From Asterias rubens (taxonomy: Eukaryota), in the NCBI RefSeq assembly GCF_902459465.1, contig NC_047082.1:6758001-6822000 (forward strand): DNA of 64,000 nucleotides. Direction: 5' to 3'. Position numbers and translations under genes: made by a program. Below, piece after piece: positions 23,375 to 36,506 of this stretch (its first letter is position 1; every line of letters starts with the position of its first letter). Below the pieces are notes generated by a model, which was not told the origin of the DNA, did not search any database, and saw only the letters and a list, made by a program, of their open reading frames with translations.

Positions 23375-23491
23375 CTCCAAATAAGGCTCCAATGAGAGCA
23401 CCCACCAAAAGAGAACTGACGACCATTTCTTGTTGTAGACAGGACAACTCAAATTCCTCTCTTAACTGAAGAAGGGCACCAGACACAATAC
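23375..23491 (-). CDS. SLC2A10/SLC2A12: SLC2A10/12-like exon 2 ([38 protein letters not shown])
   Basis: cag acceptor, gtaagt donor, 117 nt, phase 1-1. Confidence 0.92.
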
Positions 23492-24022
23492 CTGAGGGAA
23501 AGTTGCAACGAGTGTGAGAAAACTAACAATTCAAGTTCTCCAAATAATGGTCTGATGGAAAGATCATTAATGTCAGAAGGAGGAAGAGGTGAAACCTGAA
23601 TATGTAGGTGAATCTATTTGAGTGCACACATCATTGTACATTATCTCATCACTGTAAGCACATCTCATAACTTTCAAAGCTCTTCATGGCCTATCAGTAT
23701 CTCCTGTCTAATATATTTACTCCATATATTCCTGTTCGGACTACTTTTCCCCATAAAATTCTACATGTTCTATTGTGAAAGACGTCCATTTCATTGCACT
23801 TTTGTTATGGCATGACGTAACATTCAGGCTCGTCAAGCTGACTCTTGTCAGACTTTCAAGGGACTTTAAAAACTCATAATATTTGTTTGAGTCTTTATTT
23901 TTGCAACTTTTGCTCAATAGGCCCTATATTATTTCATTTTGATTGTTCATGTTCTGTGTTGTGCATTAAGATACCTGCATTATGTGCTCTATGATACAGA
24001 AGTTGTGCACTATTATAATTAC

Positions 24023-24161
24023 CTATATCATAGCCAAAGAGGATACCTCCCAATGCAGACATGATTGCAGCCACAACGACGAAACATGTTGTATCATCTG
24101 CCTTGCGCTCTGCATGGGTCAAAGACACCATCTCATCCCCTGCAACTTCCAGTTCCTCCAT
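24023..24161 (-). CDS. SLC2A10/SLC2A12: SLC2A10/12-like coding exon 1 (MEELEV...LFGYDI-G)
   Basis: ATG preceded by an in-frame TGA; donor G|gtaatt; 139 nt, phase 1. Confidence 0.88.
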
Positions 24162-24963
24162 TATTCAGACCTCCAAGTGCTTAGGATTTGATGTACATCA
24201 ACATGTTTATTTATAGTTAATTATTTATAGTTCATTGTCCTATCTTTTTTTACATAAACTGTTATTAACTTGTTTTTATTACTTATATTACAACCAGGTC
24301 TACGGACCACACAGTCATGAAAAGAGATGTAATAAATGAGCGTGCCGAGTAGATCGGCCCCCACAAAGTTTGTGCCGTAAAAAAATTGCAGCTTGTACAA
24401 ATAAAAAAAAGGGCCAGCTTCAAAGATTGCGCCCACCACATTATGACAAATTATTTTGTACAGTATACATCAGTGCACAAAAGTCTTTACAAGCAAGTAA
24501 GAATTCAACACTTGTCAAACGGAGACATTGATTTCCATTTTGTTTTAAAACACAAATATTGTCATCCAAAGGATAAAAACCGACAACTTGCAACCCACCC
24601 TTCGAATCAGCATCATCAAGGTAAATATGAAAAAAATGTGTAAATTTTATTCAAAATGGTCAATCAAGGACCTTTTTACCCTGGACTCATTCACGTTGTA
24701 TGCAACGGAGTAGTTGCTATGGAACCCTCCTGCCGACAGTGGCGTCGGCAGGAGGGTTACGTTATAGCAACTAGCAACGGAGGAGTCCAACCTGGGCTAG
24801 GTCACTGTGTTGTTTAAAAGTAAAGCACTACCTTATTCTGTCTTATTCACTAAATATTACACATAATATAAAAATATCTGATAAATTACACTCAGTGAGT
24901 CGTTGGACCAGTTCCGGATCATTGACCAACCACATAAGGGCCTTTAAGGCCACGTAAAATATT

Positions 24964-25118
24964 ATAGACCTTATGCACATGACGTCACTTCAGTACGGCG
25001 CCCCCGCATTGAGGTCAAAAGGAGGTTGTTCATTGGCCAATCTATGTGCGTTTCGATTGTTTCGTCACCGTTTGACCTCAAAGATGGCGGCTGGATGACG
25101 TCAATCCATAAGGTCTAT
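24964..25118. mobile_element. ATAGACC-ended MITE carrying CRE, CCAAT and YY1-like motifs
   Basis: TIRs atagaccttatg / cataaggtctat; second copy at 32600-32774. Confidence 0.8.
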
Positions 25119-25146
25119 ACCAGGTGATTGTCAAAATCAAAATGGA

Positions 25147-25282
25147 AAAGTTTCCGTATGGCGCCACCACTTTTTCATTCGATGTGAAATAAATAATATA
25201 GTCTCTAATTTACCTCAATGAGATATCCCTTTTTCTAAAAATGAGTGAGTCCCAGAAAGTGGTGGTGCCATACGGAAAGTTA
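25147..25282. mobile_element. Second copy of the 840-963 MITE
   Basis: Reverse-complement similarity. Confidence 0.7.
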
Positions 25283-25519
25283 TCCATCAAAATTACACCT
25301 GAATAAATTACTTAAACGCAAGATCACATTGCTACTTTGTTAGTGTCCACTACTCACACTGGATTCTGGAAGCACCACACACCCCCGTTCCTAATCTAGA
25401 TGCCGAACAGGCTTTGATGAGTACCGACATAGATGTAGATGTAGATCAAAACATGGAGCAATAATTGCTCCATGATCAAAGTAACTTCAGAAAGTAACAA
25501 TAACATTGACAATTCTTAC

Positions 25520-25600
25520 CAGCGAGAGCTCCTCAAAGTCTCAAGTCAAACGGTCTGAAATTACCCCTTATCTTCTCATGGATGTGTGCCAAACAGCAAC
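25520..25600 (-). other. Candidate non-coding first exon of the SLC2A gene (5' end undefined)
   Basis: Donor CTG|gtaaga at 25514-25519; possible acceptor cctaag at 24180 just upstream of the ATG; no transcript evidence. Confidence 0.25.
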
Positions 25601-26431
25601 GTTCAAGGCACAGCTAGTAGTGGTACTGTTAACAGAGCAAGGAAGCATGGAGGTGCAATGTAGATCATAAAGACAAAATTAAAACTGCTTACACAGCATA
25701 TTAAATGTAGTGAAAGTGCAAAAAAGTAGCTCTCTCTGTGCTGTACACTGTGGATGTGTAACACACATACTGTACAGCATACATCGTATGCGTTACAATG
25801 TTGACTTTATTTACACATGAATTACTACTTTGTGAAAGAACACACAAGTAGTCAGATACCCATTAGTACCAGTGCTAGTGTAACAATAACCAACGCTGGG
25901 ATACCAACGCATTTGACACTTAAAGGGACTCGCTCTTTTAAAGGGACTCCGTTTTGCATTTAAGGAAGGGGAAAAGTAGAATTTTTACAAAAATAGGCCA
26001 TCTGAAAATCTTCTTTATTTTCAGGGTAATAAAACTGTATCATCATATTTATTAGGCCGTCATGGCCGAGTGGTTTAGAGCATCAAATTTTGGTGTTTTA
26101 TTTTGATCGGGGTGTGTGGGGGTTCAAATTCTAAAGTGGCACTTGGTTGTGTTCTTTAAATGCATTTTAGCAAATTTGCTTTTAACATCCATCTTATTTT
26201 AGAATTTTCAAAGTTGCCAACTATAAAAAGGAAAATGCAAACTTGCCTCTGATTTCAGACTCGGTTGTTCCTTTGGTAAGGCCTACTCAGCTAGTTTTTA
26301 TCAGTTTTTTTTCTAGAGAATAAAAATCAGAAATCCCCCATCCCCTCATATGATTAGATATTACTGATTACAGAACAAGAACAAAAATCAAGAGAGAGGG
26401 CATGAAACATTTTGCAATACATATGTTTGTA

Positions 26432-26437
26432 TTTATT
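26432..26437 (-). terminator. Candidate distal polyadenylation signal (AATAAA) for FAK
   Basis: AATAAA on the minus strand at the end of a long U-rich stretch; several other AATAAA hexamers lie nearer the stop. Confidence 0.25.
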
Positions 26438-27053
26438 ATAATGTATAGAAACTCATCTCACACACGTATGATATGAAATGCTGACACTTCTGGGATTTCT
26501 TTAACATCAAATTTACCAAATGCAAATTATGGGTGCACCCAGAGACCATTCAAAGTAAGAAAAAAGTACTGGATTACTAAACTGTGCAAAACTGTGCATT
26601 AATAAACATCCATTATTGATAATATAAAAACCAATTTACAAATAAGACATGTTGCACTGAACTGCCATTTAGGTTTTAAATATTATACAAAAGATAATCA
26701 GGCTTGCATGCAATGTGTTTCCGACGTAAAACTTTTCATGTTCTTAATTCAGAATTTGGTTAGGCGCAACTCTCTAGCACCTGTCTGAAACGGGTGTTAC
26801 ATTATCCATCTGGGGACCATTCAATCTATTAAGTGAAGTTATATAGGGACGCCTTGTTGGTTGGTCTACCTTTCATAGAGTAGTGGCACAACACAGGCCT
26901 TCATTTTAAACACGAGGAGAGCTGTAAATTGCTCTCCTTAAAGAAAGTGAATTAAGGAGAGTAATTTGCTCTCGCTGACAAAACCCAAGTTTAATGAACA
27001 CATACTCAAGAAAATGAACACAAAAGTCACTAGTAGTTCAACTTCTTACTCAA

Positions 27054-27409
27054 TTAAAGGTAGTGGACACTATTGGTAATTGTCAAAGACTAGCCTTCAC
27101 AATTGGTGTATCCCAACATATGCATAAAATAACAAACCTGTGAAAATTTGAGCTAAATCCGTCATCGAACTTGCGAGATAATAATGAAAGAAAAAACACC
27201 CTTGTCACAATAAGTTGTGTGCAGTTAGATGGTTGATTTCGAGACCTCAAGTTCTAAATCTGAGGTCTCAAAATAAACTATGGCACTTCAGAGGGAGCCG
27301 TTTCTCACAATGTTTTATACCATCAACCTCTCCCTATTACTCGTCACCAAGAAAGGTTTTATGCTAATAATTATTTTGAGTAATTACCAATAGTGTCCAC
27401 TGCCTTTAA
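27054..27409. mobile_element. MITE family A, full copy
   Basis: TTAA-bounded, near-perfect TIRs. Confidence 0.85.
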
Positions 27410-28269
27410 CATTGGTAGCTCTGTACGCTTCATGCTGCAAAAAAACCTTAGATATGGAGCTTTGACTAATGAAAAGAAATAAATGTTTCCACTTAATAAA
27501 TATCACTAACAACTCGATTCTGAGCTAATCTTAAATAAATCTAATTCTTGAAATTCAAACTATTCAAAAAAAATAAATTAACTCTTCCCCTAATCGATGT
27601 TTTTTTTCGCCTTGACAGTGTTTCAGTCTTCAACTTGTATGCTCAATTCCTAGAACAAATATACAAATATTTAAATCTTGAATCATAATTGTTTCTTTAT
27701 TATAGTACAACTACCAGTCTTTCTTTCTCAACAAAGTTGAAGATCTTGAATATACTCCCAAGAGTAAAAACCCCCCAAAATGTACAACAAACCTTAACAG
27801 GGTAACCTCATCAAATTCTGGTAAGCATTTTTGACTAGATTGGGTTTTTAACCAAATATTATACAGGTTACTGACACCATCTCAGCTATCTCTAACCCTA
27901 GCCACTGGCCTGGTAAGCTTACCTTCTTTTTTTCCCCCTTTTTTTTCAACAAAACATTTCCTAGATGGGTATAATTGCAAAAGTATTGGGTTTGAATCCC
28001 TGTGAATTTGGAAAGCACTGAGTATACAGTGCATAAATACACATCAGTGTTCAGAAGGGTAAAAACAAATTATAACATGAAAATTCACCATGACTTTAGA
28101 TAGCTTCAAAGACTTAAAGACCTGGGACTCCCTCTCATTGATTTGATGTTTTAAACACAGTACTTGGCTCAAAAGACTTACACATGTATCTCCAATTTCA
28201 GATCTAAAAAACATGCAGCATTTCTGAAACTTAATTCAGCTCATTGTATTCACTGAATATTTCTTAGTG

Positions 28270-28815
28270 CATTAATAAGGGAATCAATGTGTGGTGAAGA
28301 GGTTTTTAAACTAGTGGTTTAATCCCAACGAGGCCTGGTTCTTGATAATTTTACCAAGACGAAGTCAAGGTAAATTATCAAGAACCAGGCCTCGCCATGT
28401 TAAAACCACTAGTTGAAAACCGATTCAACACACTTTGATTCCCACTCATAAATACCTTTTCGGTAAAAAAACATCAACACTTTTTGGTCAAAAAGTAAAA
28501 TAAATGCAAAAATTATAAATGTTCAATGATTTCTTTCAACACAACACCCCTCCAGCCATGAAATGGTAAGGCCCTCGGGTAAACAACTCCTTATAAGGGA
28601 ATGCTGTGCACGTCTCGCGTATCGCGTGATGTGGCACAACTGTTTCAGCCGTTGCTCTCGACCAATAGGAATGAAGAAACTGTCTAATAAGCACAGGTGC
28701 AAGCTCGCGTGTCACGCCCATGTTTTAACACTTTTTACTGGTCATAAACAAAGGTTTATACACACCCGCGTGACGTGCTTTCCACCAATAGGAATAGCGA
28801 AACTGTCTGAGGTAT
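28270..28815. mobile_element. Hairpin-containing interspersed element
   Basis: Long stem aggcctggttcttgataatt/aattatcaagaaccaggcct; duplicated ccaataggaat..aaactgtct; ataagggaat direct repeat. Confidence 0.55.
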
Positions 28816-31800
28816 TTATGAATGACTGACTAAAGTCAAACCCTGATCAATGTAGAACAGCAACAAAGAGTGGAAATAGTGAGCTGCTTCAATTTCAAAT
28901 TCTCCACTTATATTGATTTACTACTGAAGTACAAAATTCGGCTTAGCACAAAACAATTTTGCTAACAAAGAAAATGGTTACCAGCCAAAATACCAAGCAT
29001 AAGTATTGTTTATGACAGGTTCCCTGTTTATTTGTTCCTTGGCATAAAATGATTAGACAATAATCATCCTCTATTCTATGAAAGTGGGCCTGTTTATCAG
29101 CTTTCAAATAATACACTATTCTTTATACTGCTTGCCTTTCAACAATAAAACAGACTATCAATGTTTGCATTTATACTTCACAAAGACACAATGTTTGAGA
29201 GGTGTTAAAGTGGTCTATTTTTATGTTGGTTGTTTGTCCTTAAACAATGATACTGAATTTAAATACTTGTTAAGTTGTTAATAAACCACAAAACAAAACA
29301 AAAACTATAATAATTTTATCCCAAACATGATTTTCCTGATTCCAAATTAAGCATAATTACATTGGCACTTGTTAAATATTAAACACATATTTACAAAGAT
29401 AAACTTCTGACCAATTCTTATGTACAACTGTATTCCTTCCTTTCTTTCGCTTAACACATTTATTTGCTAAGCAAAACTAAACAAGGAACCAGTGACAAAC
29501 AGCGTACAACATCAAATATATGTAGCAGTTTTGGCAGGTAACCTGCCACTGCTTACACATGGCTAAGCAAATTCTTTTGGATTGTGCGTAGCAACTTAGT
29601 GTGTTCATGAATAAGCTCATAACCATTATACTTTCTTTATGCAGTACATTTTGGAAGGACTGTGTTATTAAACGTTGTACTAGTACTAATAACAATTTGT
29701 CATGTTTACTGTATGCACAAGTAATTATTGGTACAATTTCCCGATATATAAGCAAGGGACCAGACTACTTTAGCTCAATCAATATGGCTGTGGCTCTGAC
29801 TAACAAGCCGAAGGCTCCATGCATGATGCTAGACTACGATTAATGAATATATGTGAATTGTACAAATGTTTATAATGTAAAGTAGTTAAGATTTGTCATG
29901 TGGGTAGGATAAATCGTTGAGGCACACACTCCTGGGTAACAACTTACAAGAATATACAGTAAAAACAATCACCTTACTAAATCTGTACAACTATATATAA
30001 TAAATACATCTCTTTATGGTGTTCCTTGAAAGGGAAAATAAAAGCACCAGTTTTAATTTTATTTAGAGACATTAAAGGTGCTAAGTCATTGCATCTTCCC
30101 AGTACTATTCTGTTCACTGACTTTTGACCTTGGACCTGTACAACCTGTTATCTACATCAATAATGGCATGCCTTATAATCCATACTAGGGCTGAATCTTT
30201 TGAGCTACAAGCAACACACAATCTTGTAGAGCTGCAATTTATTCTGTTGAGCAGGAATGGTATACTTTTGAACGCTAGGTGGCAAGAGACTTACCGTACC
30301 AGACAAATGTCCATTAACAAAAACAATGGATTTACCTTGTTAAGTCTGCTGCCACCTAGCATCCCAAAAGTCCCACATTAGTCAAAAATTGATATTTTGT
30401 TTGTTTGTGTGTCATTTCTGTGGGTTACCTTTTTGTGCCGATAACCATTTTCTGAGCATATAAAATAAAATGTTGTTTTTAAATTGCCAAAGGTCAGAGG
30501 TAAGAATCTGATGTAAAGTGAAAACACAACAACATAGCACCTTTAAGGGCTTGCCCAAAACATCAACATTGGCTATGGCTACAGCCAGGTCACATGCTGA
30601 ACTGCTTGCTCAAGTATTGGCTTCATTCTACAGCCACAGCCAACTCAGACAATGCCTCCACTCCACCACAGGATGAACATTAATATGAACATAAATGTTA
30701 AATGCTGCTAGGATAATGATTAAAGTGAGTATATTGTTTCCAGATAAATTTCAGGCAAACTACATGTGGTTACTCACACTCTGAGAAAAAAATTCAAATA
30801 ACCAAATCGGTTCCATGCAACAAGAATCTATCTCAGTGTGATAAAAAATGTTTCATCTCATAGTTATAAATACTCTTAAAAATGATTCATAGTACAAAGA
30901 AACATAGTTCAACCTCAACCTCAACCTCAGCATTGAACTGGAATATCTTAGGGAAGATACCACTATACCGCATTGATAAGACACTACATTGTAAACAAGA
31001 CAAAGACCATGACAACTAATTATGAATGTCTTATATATAAATATATTTGTTCAGTCATACTTTTCGGTTCAAGTGCTTTGAGTTTTGTGAAAGAAATACA
31101 AAATGGCTGGGCCATTAACAAGAGTGTCTGATCAGAGCATGATCCCCTTCTTACAATGTACCTTCTGACATCCTCTTAAAGCATAACAAGAACAAATTGA
31201 GTCAGGGTACAATCCCATTAAGGCATTTAATACAACATATTAATAAGGCCAGTGGCATCACACAAATACATGGGATATCATTTCTCTCCCCAAACACACA
31301 CACAAGACCCTTCCCCCCACTATTAAAGAAATATCAAATGTGACATCATTTTATACACCTTAAATAGAGTTTAACATGTACAATATAAACCACTGACAAA
31401 ACATTGGGCCCAATTCCACAAAGCCACAATGGAGAAGATAGTGCTTCATAGAAAATACCATGGAACCAGTCGCAAAATAATGGTACGATACATAGTGTTT
31501 TGACGGGTACCAGCTCTATGAAATTGGTGACAAATTAATTTGTATTATTATTTTTTACAGTAACATAAAGGCATTTATAACTAACATCTTGAACCCACAG
31601 AAGAAAGTTTTGTTCGCAATGCTTAGAACAACTCATACCTCCTGGGCCTTTTAACGGGCCATTTCTGCAATATCCAACAAGAATGTTTGCAATGAGAGTG
31701 AGAATAAGAGAAGCAGACATAGCTCTCCTTGCAGTCTAGTGATGGCTACAGTTATGGCTGGGGATTGGAAAAAAAAAGGTTACATCAGTAACCTCTTCTG

Positions 31801-32599
31801 ATTCACACTTAATAGAATTCCGCACTAATCATTAAAAAAGGAAGCTACATGTAAGTACCGACCTCAGATAAATGTATCAACTTTCACTAACGCACGCGTA
31901 CGTCCAAATTGTTTGTTTACCCGCGACTAACTTCACTATTAGCCAGTTTAGCGCATCCATGATGCTGTGATCGTGTAAATGTAGGTGATGTGGCATGATT
32001 GTCCGATAGCCGGGTATTTTAAGCAAAAGTGACTTCATTAGGGTGGGCTACTATTGGCCCTAAAACGGGCCATGCTCAGAGCCATAAAGAAGTATTAAGA
32101 ATAAATGAGTAATTCATGATGGAAGACTACATTTCCTGCTTGCAGTCCCGACTTCAGTCTTCAAATTGGGGTGTAGGTTCTATCTTCGCCAAATCTTCCT
32201 AGGCCATTAAGTGGGTCTGAATAACAGCGAGTGTATGGCATAGGTGGCAGTGCCCACACTGACTGGAGGAATAAAGGTACCTTGTTGATAGCCTTAATAG
32301 TATCATACATCCTGGGCCTATATGCAGGTCTTCTTGGCAGTTGTCAAGCAAGTTCTTGGTATCAACCTATGAGACCGAGTATTCCTGTCCAAGAAGATAT
32401 TAACCTGGGCTGTTGTGGTGAAGTACTTGTTGTTAAATGTAACTGCTACAAAGGGAGACATTTCTTTTAATCTGTATCACACTTCCTGGGCGCTTAAGTG
32501 GGCCTTCTAAGAACTGTCAGACAGGTTCTTGGCACCGCCAAACGAGATCTGCTCAGTGTCAGTAGACGCTATCCAGGAGTTGTGGTGTAGTACTCTGCT

Positions 32600-32774
32600 A
32601 TAGATCTTATGCACATGATGTCATATCAAAAGGGCATCCTCACCTAGAGGTCAAAAAGCGGTCACTCATTGGCCGAACCTGTGTGCCATTCATACAAATC
32701 TGTGCATTTTGATTGTTTTGTCATCGTTCTAACTCTAAGATGGCGGCTGGATGATGTCAAAGCATAAGGTCTAT
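32600..32774. mobile_element. Second copy of the 24964 MITE, in the FAK 3' UTR
   Basis: Colinear; ends 27 nt from the FAK stop codon. Confidence 0.75.
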
Positions 32775-32801
32775 TAAGGGAGATGTGTCTTTAAATCGGT
32801 A

Positions 32802-33083
32802 TCATACTTCCTGTGCACTTAAGCGGGCCGTGTCCACAGCATCCAGTAGGTTCTTAGCATCTACAGCGAGTATGTGTCCGGCAGACAGCATGCCTTTCTT
32901 GTAGTCTTGATCTAGGGTGGTAGTAGCATAGCGTTGGGCAAGCTTCATGGCGTTGATTAGCTCAGCCATGTCTGAGCTAAGTACTTTGTGAGCCATTTGG
33001 ATGCTCCGGTGCGTCTGAGGAGGGAGGGAGCTGTAGAGACCATCTACACTGGCCAGGAGGTTCTTCAACGACAATCCGACATC
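32802..33083 (-). CDS. PTK2: FAK FAT domain terminal exon (DVGLSLKNLLASVD...AVDAKNLLDAVDTARLSAQEV-stop)
   Basis: ctgtcag acceptor; ORF 32802-33074. Confidence 0.95.
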   Translation of the reverse strand, partial: DVGLSLKNLLASVDGLYSSLPPQTHRSIQMAHKVLSSDMAELINAMKLAQRYATTTLDQDYKKGMLSAGHILAVDAKNLLDAVDTARLSAQEV

Positions 33084-33565
33084 CTGACAGAAAGAAAATG
33101 CAATATCTCGATAATGACAAAGAATATTGTTATTAGAAACATAACACTACCACTTCTTGCTTCATTTTGGCATTAACCCTGTCATCGCCGAATGCAATGC
33201 TACATGTATGAAAGTATCTGAAACAAATATTTGACATTGCATTCAATGTATACGATGCCCTAAAATGATGTACACAATGTATGCAGCATATTTTTCATTG
33301 AATGTTCAAGAGTTACTGATAAACTGTTTAAGGAAGTATCAGTTCAATCCCAAAACCCACGCAGTCAGGTAGGGACTGAAAACCAAATCCACATGTACCT
33401 GAAGAGAAGATCAGCTAGAACAAGAGTGTTCAGAGACTTTCAGGGGTTTTCCTCCCACATCTAAAACTTAAACTTCTTTCCTTGTCTTCTCTCGGTTCAT
33501 GGCTAGTATAGTGATTAAGTTTGCTTTTCTAAAGGGTCCTTGGATTACTTCACAACCAGACTTAA

Positions 33566-33919
33566 TTAAAAGCACTGTACACGATTGGTGTATCCCATCA
33601 TAAGCATATAAAATAACAAGCCTGTGCAAATTTGGGCTCAATTGGTCATCGAAGTTGCGAGAAAATTATGAAAGAAAAAACACCATTGCTGGGACGAATT
33701 TGTGTGCTTTCGGATAGGAATAAAAGACTTCTCGCTAGAAGTCTTTTGTTATTTTAGTGAGAAATAACCTCTTTTTCAAGACTAAAATACTTCAGAGGGA
33801 GTCGTTTCCCACAATGTTTTATACTCTCATCAGCTCTCCAATGCTCGTTACCAAGTCAATTTTTAAGTAAATATTTGTTTTGAGTAATTACCAAACGTTA
33901 ACATGTACCTTCCCTTTAA
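33566..33919. mobile_element. MITE family A, diverged copy
   Basis: TTAA ends and internal similarity. Confidence 0.7.
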
Positions 33920-33973
33920 ATAAAAAGACTTGCCCTAAGCAGCTGTAACATGTTAGATTCTAAGTTTCGGTAC

Positions 33974-34108
33974 CTTTACTAAGTTGACATACTGCTCCGA
34001 TCGTACTGCATGTACCATATTCACCATCTCCATAACAGCTCGTACAACCTGAGTAGTATTCTCAAATACCTCATCATTAGTACGATCTAGATCCATGGTA
34101 GGACCAAC
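33974..34108 (-). CDS. PTK2: FAK FAT domain exon 1 (VGPTMDLDRTNDEVFENTTQVVRAV...YVNLVK)
   Basis: cag/gtaccg, 135 nt. Confidence 0.93.
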
Positions 34109-34519
34109 CTGGTTAATGGGGCAAAAAAAAACACCATACTTTAAAAATGTAAAGAGAAGGTGTTACACAAGGAGGAAATTTATCCAATTGAAAAACACAA
34201 GACCACAAGGCTTGTCCCATTGTTGAGTTTACTGGCCCCATGCTAAAATCAGAGGCTCAGGCCTATGGGGCTTGTTATCCGGTGTTCATTTTGAGCCCTA
34301 TATAACAATAAGATTCATTCTTTTCAATAACTCATTCAAAGTACTAAATGTTTCTTTCCATTTGAGTTTTGTTTTTAAAGGTCAAATTGTAAAATTGTAA
34401 ATAAACTAATGCTGTGATTTGTAACATACTAACATTTAACATGTTTAAACAAAAAAAACATAAAAAGATTTGGGCATTTTTTTGTAACACAAAACACAAT
34501 GTAACCTTAAAACATTACT

Positions 34520-34700
34520 TGCTGAGGTTATGTTGTTTTTGAGAGCACACAACTTAGTGTGACAAGGGTGTTTATTCTTTCATTATTATATCGCAACTTC
34601 GAGCTCAAATTTTCAGTTTCGTTATTTTATGCATATGTTGAGATTCACCAAGTGAGAATACTGGTCTTTGACAATTACCAATAGTGTCCAGTGTCTTCAA
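34520..34700. mobile_element. MITE family A, partial copy
   Basis: Right-end ttaccaatagtgtccagtgtc. Confidence 0.65.
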
Positions 34701-34726
34701 TGAATGAAGTAAAGAATCTATCATAC

Positions 34727-34812
34727 CTGTACAGGTTGCTGAGGCTGCTGAGGTTCCTCAACCTTTGGAGGCTCAATAGGCTTTACAGGTTCAGGTATTG
34801 GCTGACGATAGT
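34727..34812 (-). CDS. PTK2: FAK proline-rich exon (YRQPIPEPVKPIEPPKVEEPQQPQQPVQ)
   Basis: tag/gtatga, 86 nt. Confidence 0.82.
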
Positions 34813-35093
34813 CTACAAATTAAAAACATCAAGGATTTATTTTCACTATCATACAATGTAATAAGATATAAGTTTGTATCACTTGTACAACAAAACTTTC
34901 ATCCAAAATACTTCAAATGAATCAAATAGTGTCCATATAAATTTATAACTAACGGAAAAGTTTAATTTTAAAACCAAAGTATACCATTGGAAGTAATTGG
35001 AGAGGAAAATGACTAGTTTCGATCTGAAAGCTCACTACACTCATATATTTCATCCAGTAACACTCCTACAGAGAAACGTTTCTCTTCAGCAAT

Positions 35094-35281
35094 AGACCGA
35101 TCCATTAGGCTCCGCAACGCACGTGTGAGCAAGAACACGTGGGGCTCTCCAACGCCTTTCTGCACAACTCTGCCGCGCTCGCCAAGATACACGCACGCAT
35201 GTCGGACCTTATTTGTCGGACATTCGTTGCTTTGTGATTGGTCAATACGCAATGGGGCGGAGCTTAATGGATCGGTCTATT
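35094..35281. mobile_element. AATAGACC-ended MITE
   Basis: aatagaccgatccattaggctccgc / gcggagcttaatggatcggtctatt. Confidence 0.75.
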
Positions 35282-35649
35282 AGCGTTCATAGACTTCCAG
35301 AAAAATCTAATTGCTTCTACCACATTCAACTAGTCTTTCACAATGAGTGTACATATTTATTACAAACTACAGGATGGGATAAACTAGAGGATGGGATTTC
35401 ATTTACTCGTCAAAAAACGTGATGTATTATCCTTGAAAGCTTACTTGGTACAAAGTCTGTACCTCTTCCAATGCCCCCAAAGAATGGTTTCTCTGATACA
35501 CTTCTTGGTTTATTCCCTGCTTTCTCTGTGTGCTTTCATTTCTATTATCTATTTCAATTTGACTATTTTTGTTACCCCAGTGTACTTGTTTATGTGTGTG
35601 GTGTTGTGAATTTGCTTTCAAGAAAGACTCTGCTAGGGTCTAAATATCT

Positions 35650-35907
35650 GGGGCCGATTTCATAGAGCTGCTTAAGCAAAACATTTGGTTAAGCACGAAA
35701 ATAGCTTGCTTATTTTACACATGTTACTGGATAAAAAAAATTGATGCCATATACATGTACATTGCTTGTGACTGGCATTGAGCCATTGTTTACTTAGCAT
35801 AACAATTGAGTTGAATCTTGCTTGGCTTGTATTCTGATTTTACTAAGCATTGATTATTTTGCTTAAACAGAATTGTGTGCTTAAGCAGCTCTATAAAATT
35901 GGGCCCA
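35650..35907. mobile_element. GGGCC-ended MITE, second copy
   Basis: Same TIR family. Confidence 0.75.
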
Positions 35908-36096
35908 GGTCATTACCGATTTGGTTGCATTTATCCCATAGGTGCTTTTTGTTGTTAAGCAGTTTGCAACAGCTAATTCTATTTTTTGCCTGGACAGGAA
36001 ATTTTCATAAGAGAATAAAAGCATTGCTAAGGTACATGTATTAAAGAGCCATTATGACAACAGGATTGGCTGTGGAGGTTAACTGTTTTTACTTAC

Positions 36097-36166
36097 CAGC
36101 AGGCTGATGGTAGGAACTAGGCCTATCAAATGGTTGATACAATGGCTGGTTGACCGGATCTTTATT
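36097..36166 (-). CDS. PTK2: FAK exon (NKDPVNQPLYQPFDRPSSYHQPA; Y861-like LYQP)
   Basis: cag/gtaagt, 70 nt. Confidence 0.82.
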
Positions 36167-36506
36167 CTGAAAACAAGTATAAGAACAAGTTTAAGATTTG
36201 AATCTTTACATGGTGGGGAGATCAAGGTAGCCTTGAGGACAAGTCAATAATGTCATGACAGCGTTTTACACTCAGCAGCTCGCTCTAGAAGACTACTCTA
36301 TCGCGAGATTACTACGCTCATGCGAGGCTGTTGGCTCCCCAACTTTAGTCATAAGAAATGTGGTATTGCAGGGTCCACCAGTCTCATGAAAACATTGCCA
36401 GTGATGCGTGAATTACGGAGAGAGTCCGAACGCTATAACCGAGAAAAAAATAAATATTTAAGGACTTGTCAACAAGTCTAAAGGAACAGGTGATTGGGTG
36501 ACAACA

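Larger units (their letters stand above)
6682..24161 (-). other. SLC2A10/SLC2A12: Gene span: class III facilitative glucose transporter (GLUT10/GLUT12-like), 13 coding exons, 2121 nt, 706 aa
   Basis: All exons join in frame at GT-AG sites. MFS sugar-porter motifs: GYDIG, DWIGRR, GR-LIVG, YISEISP, PPSPRFL, QQFTGQ, DKAGRR, GFGP, SEIFP, VPETK. Large loop between TM9 and TM10 is typical of class III. Confidence 0.92.
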
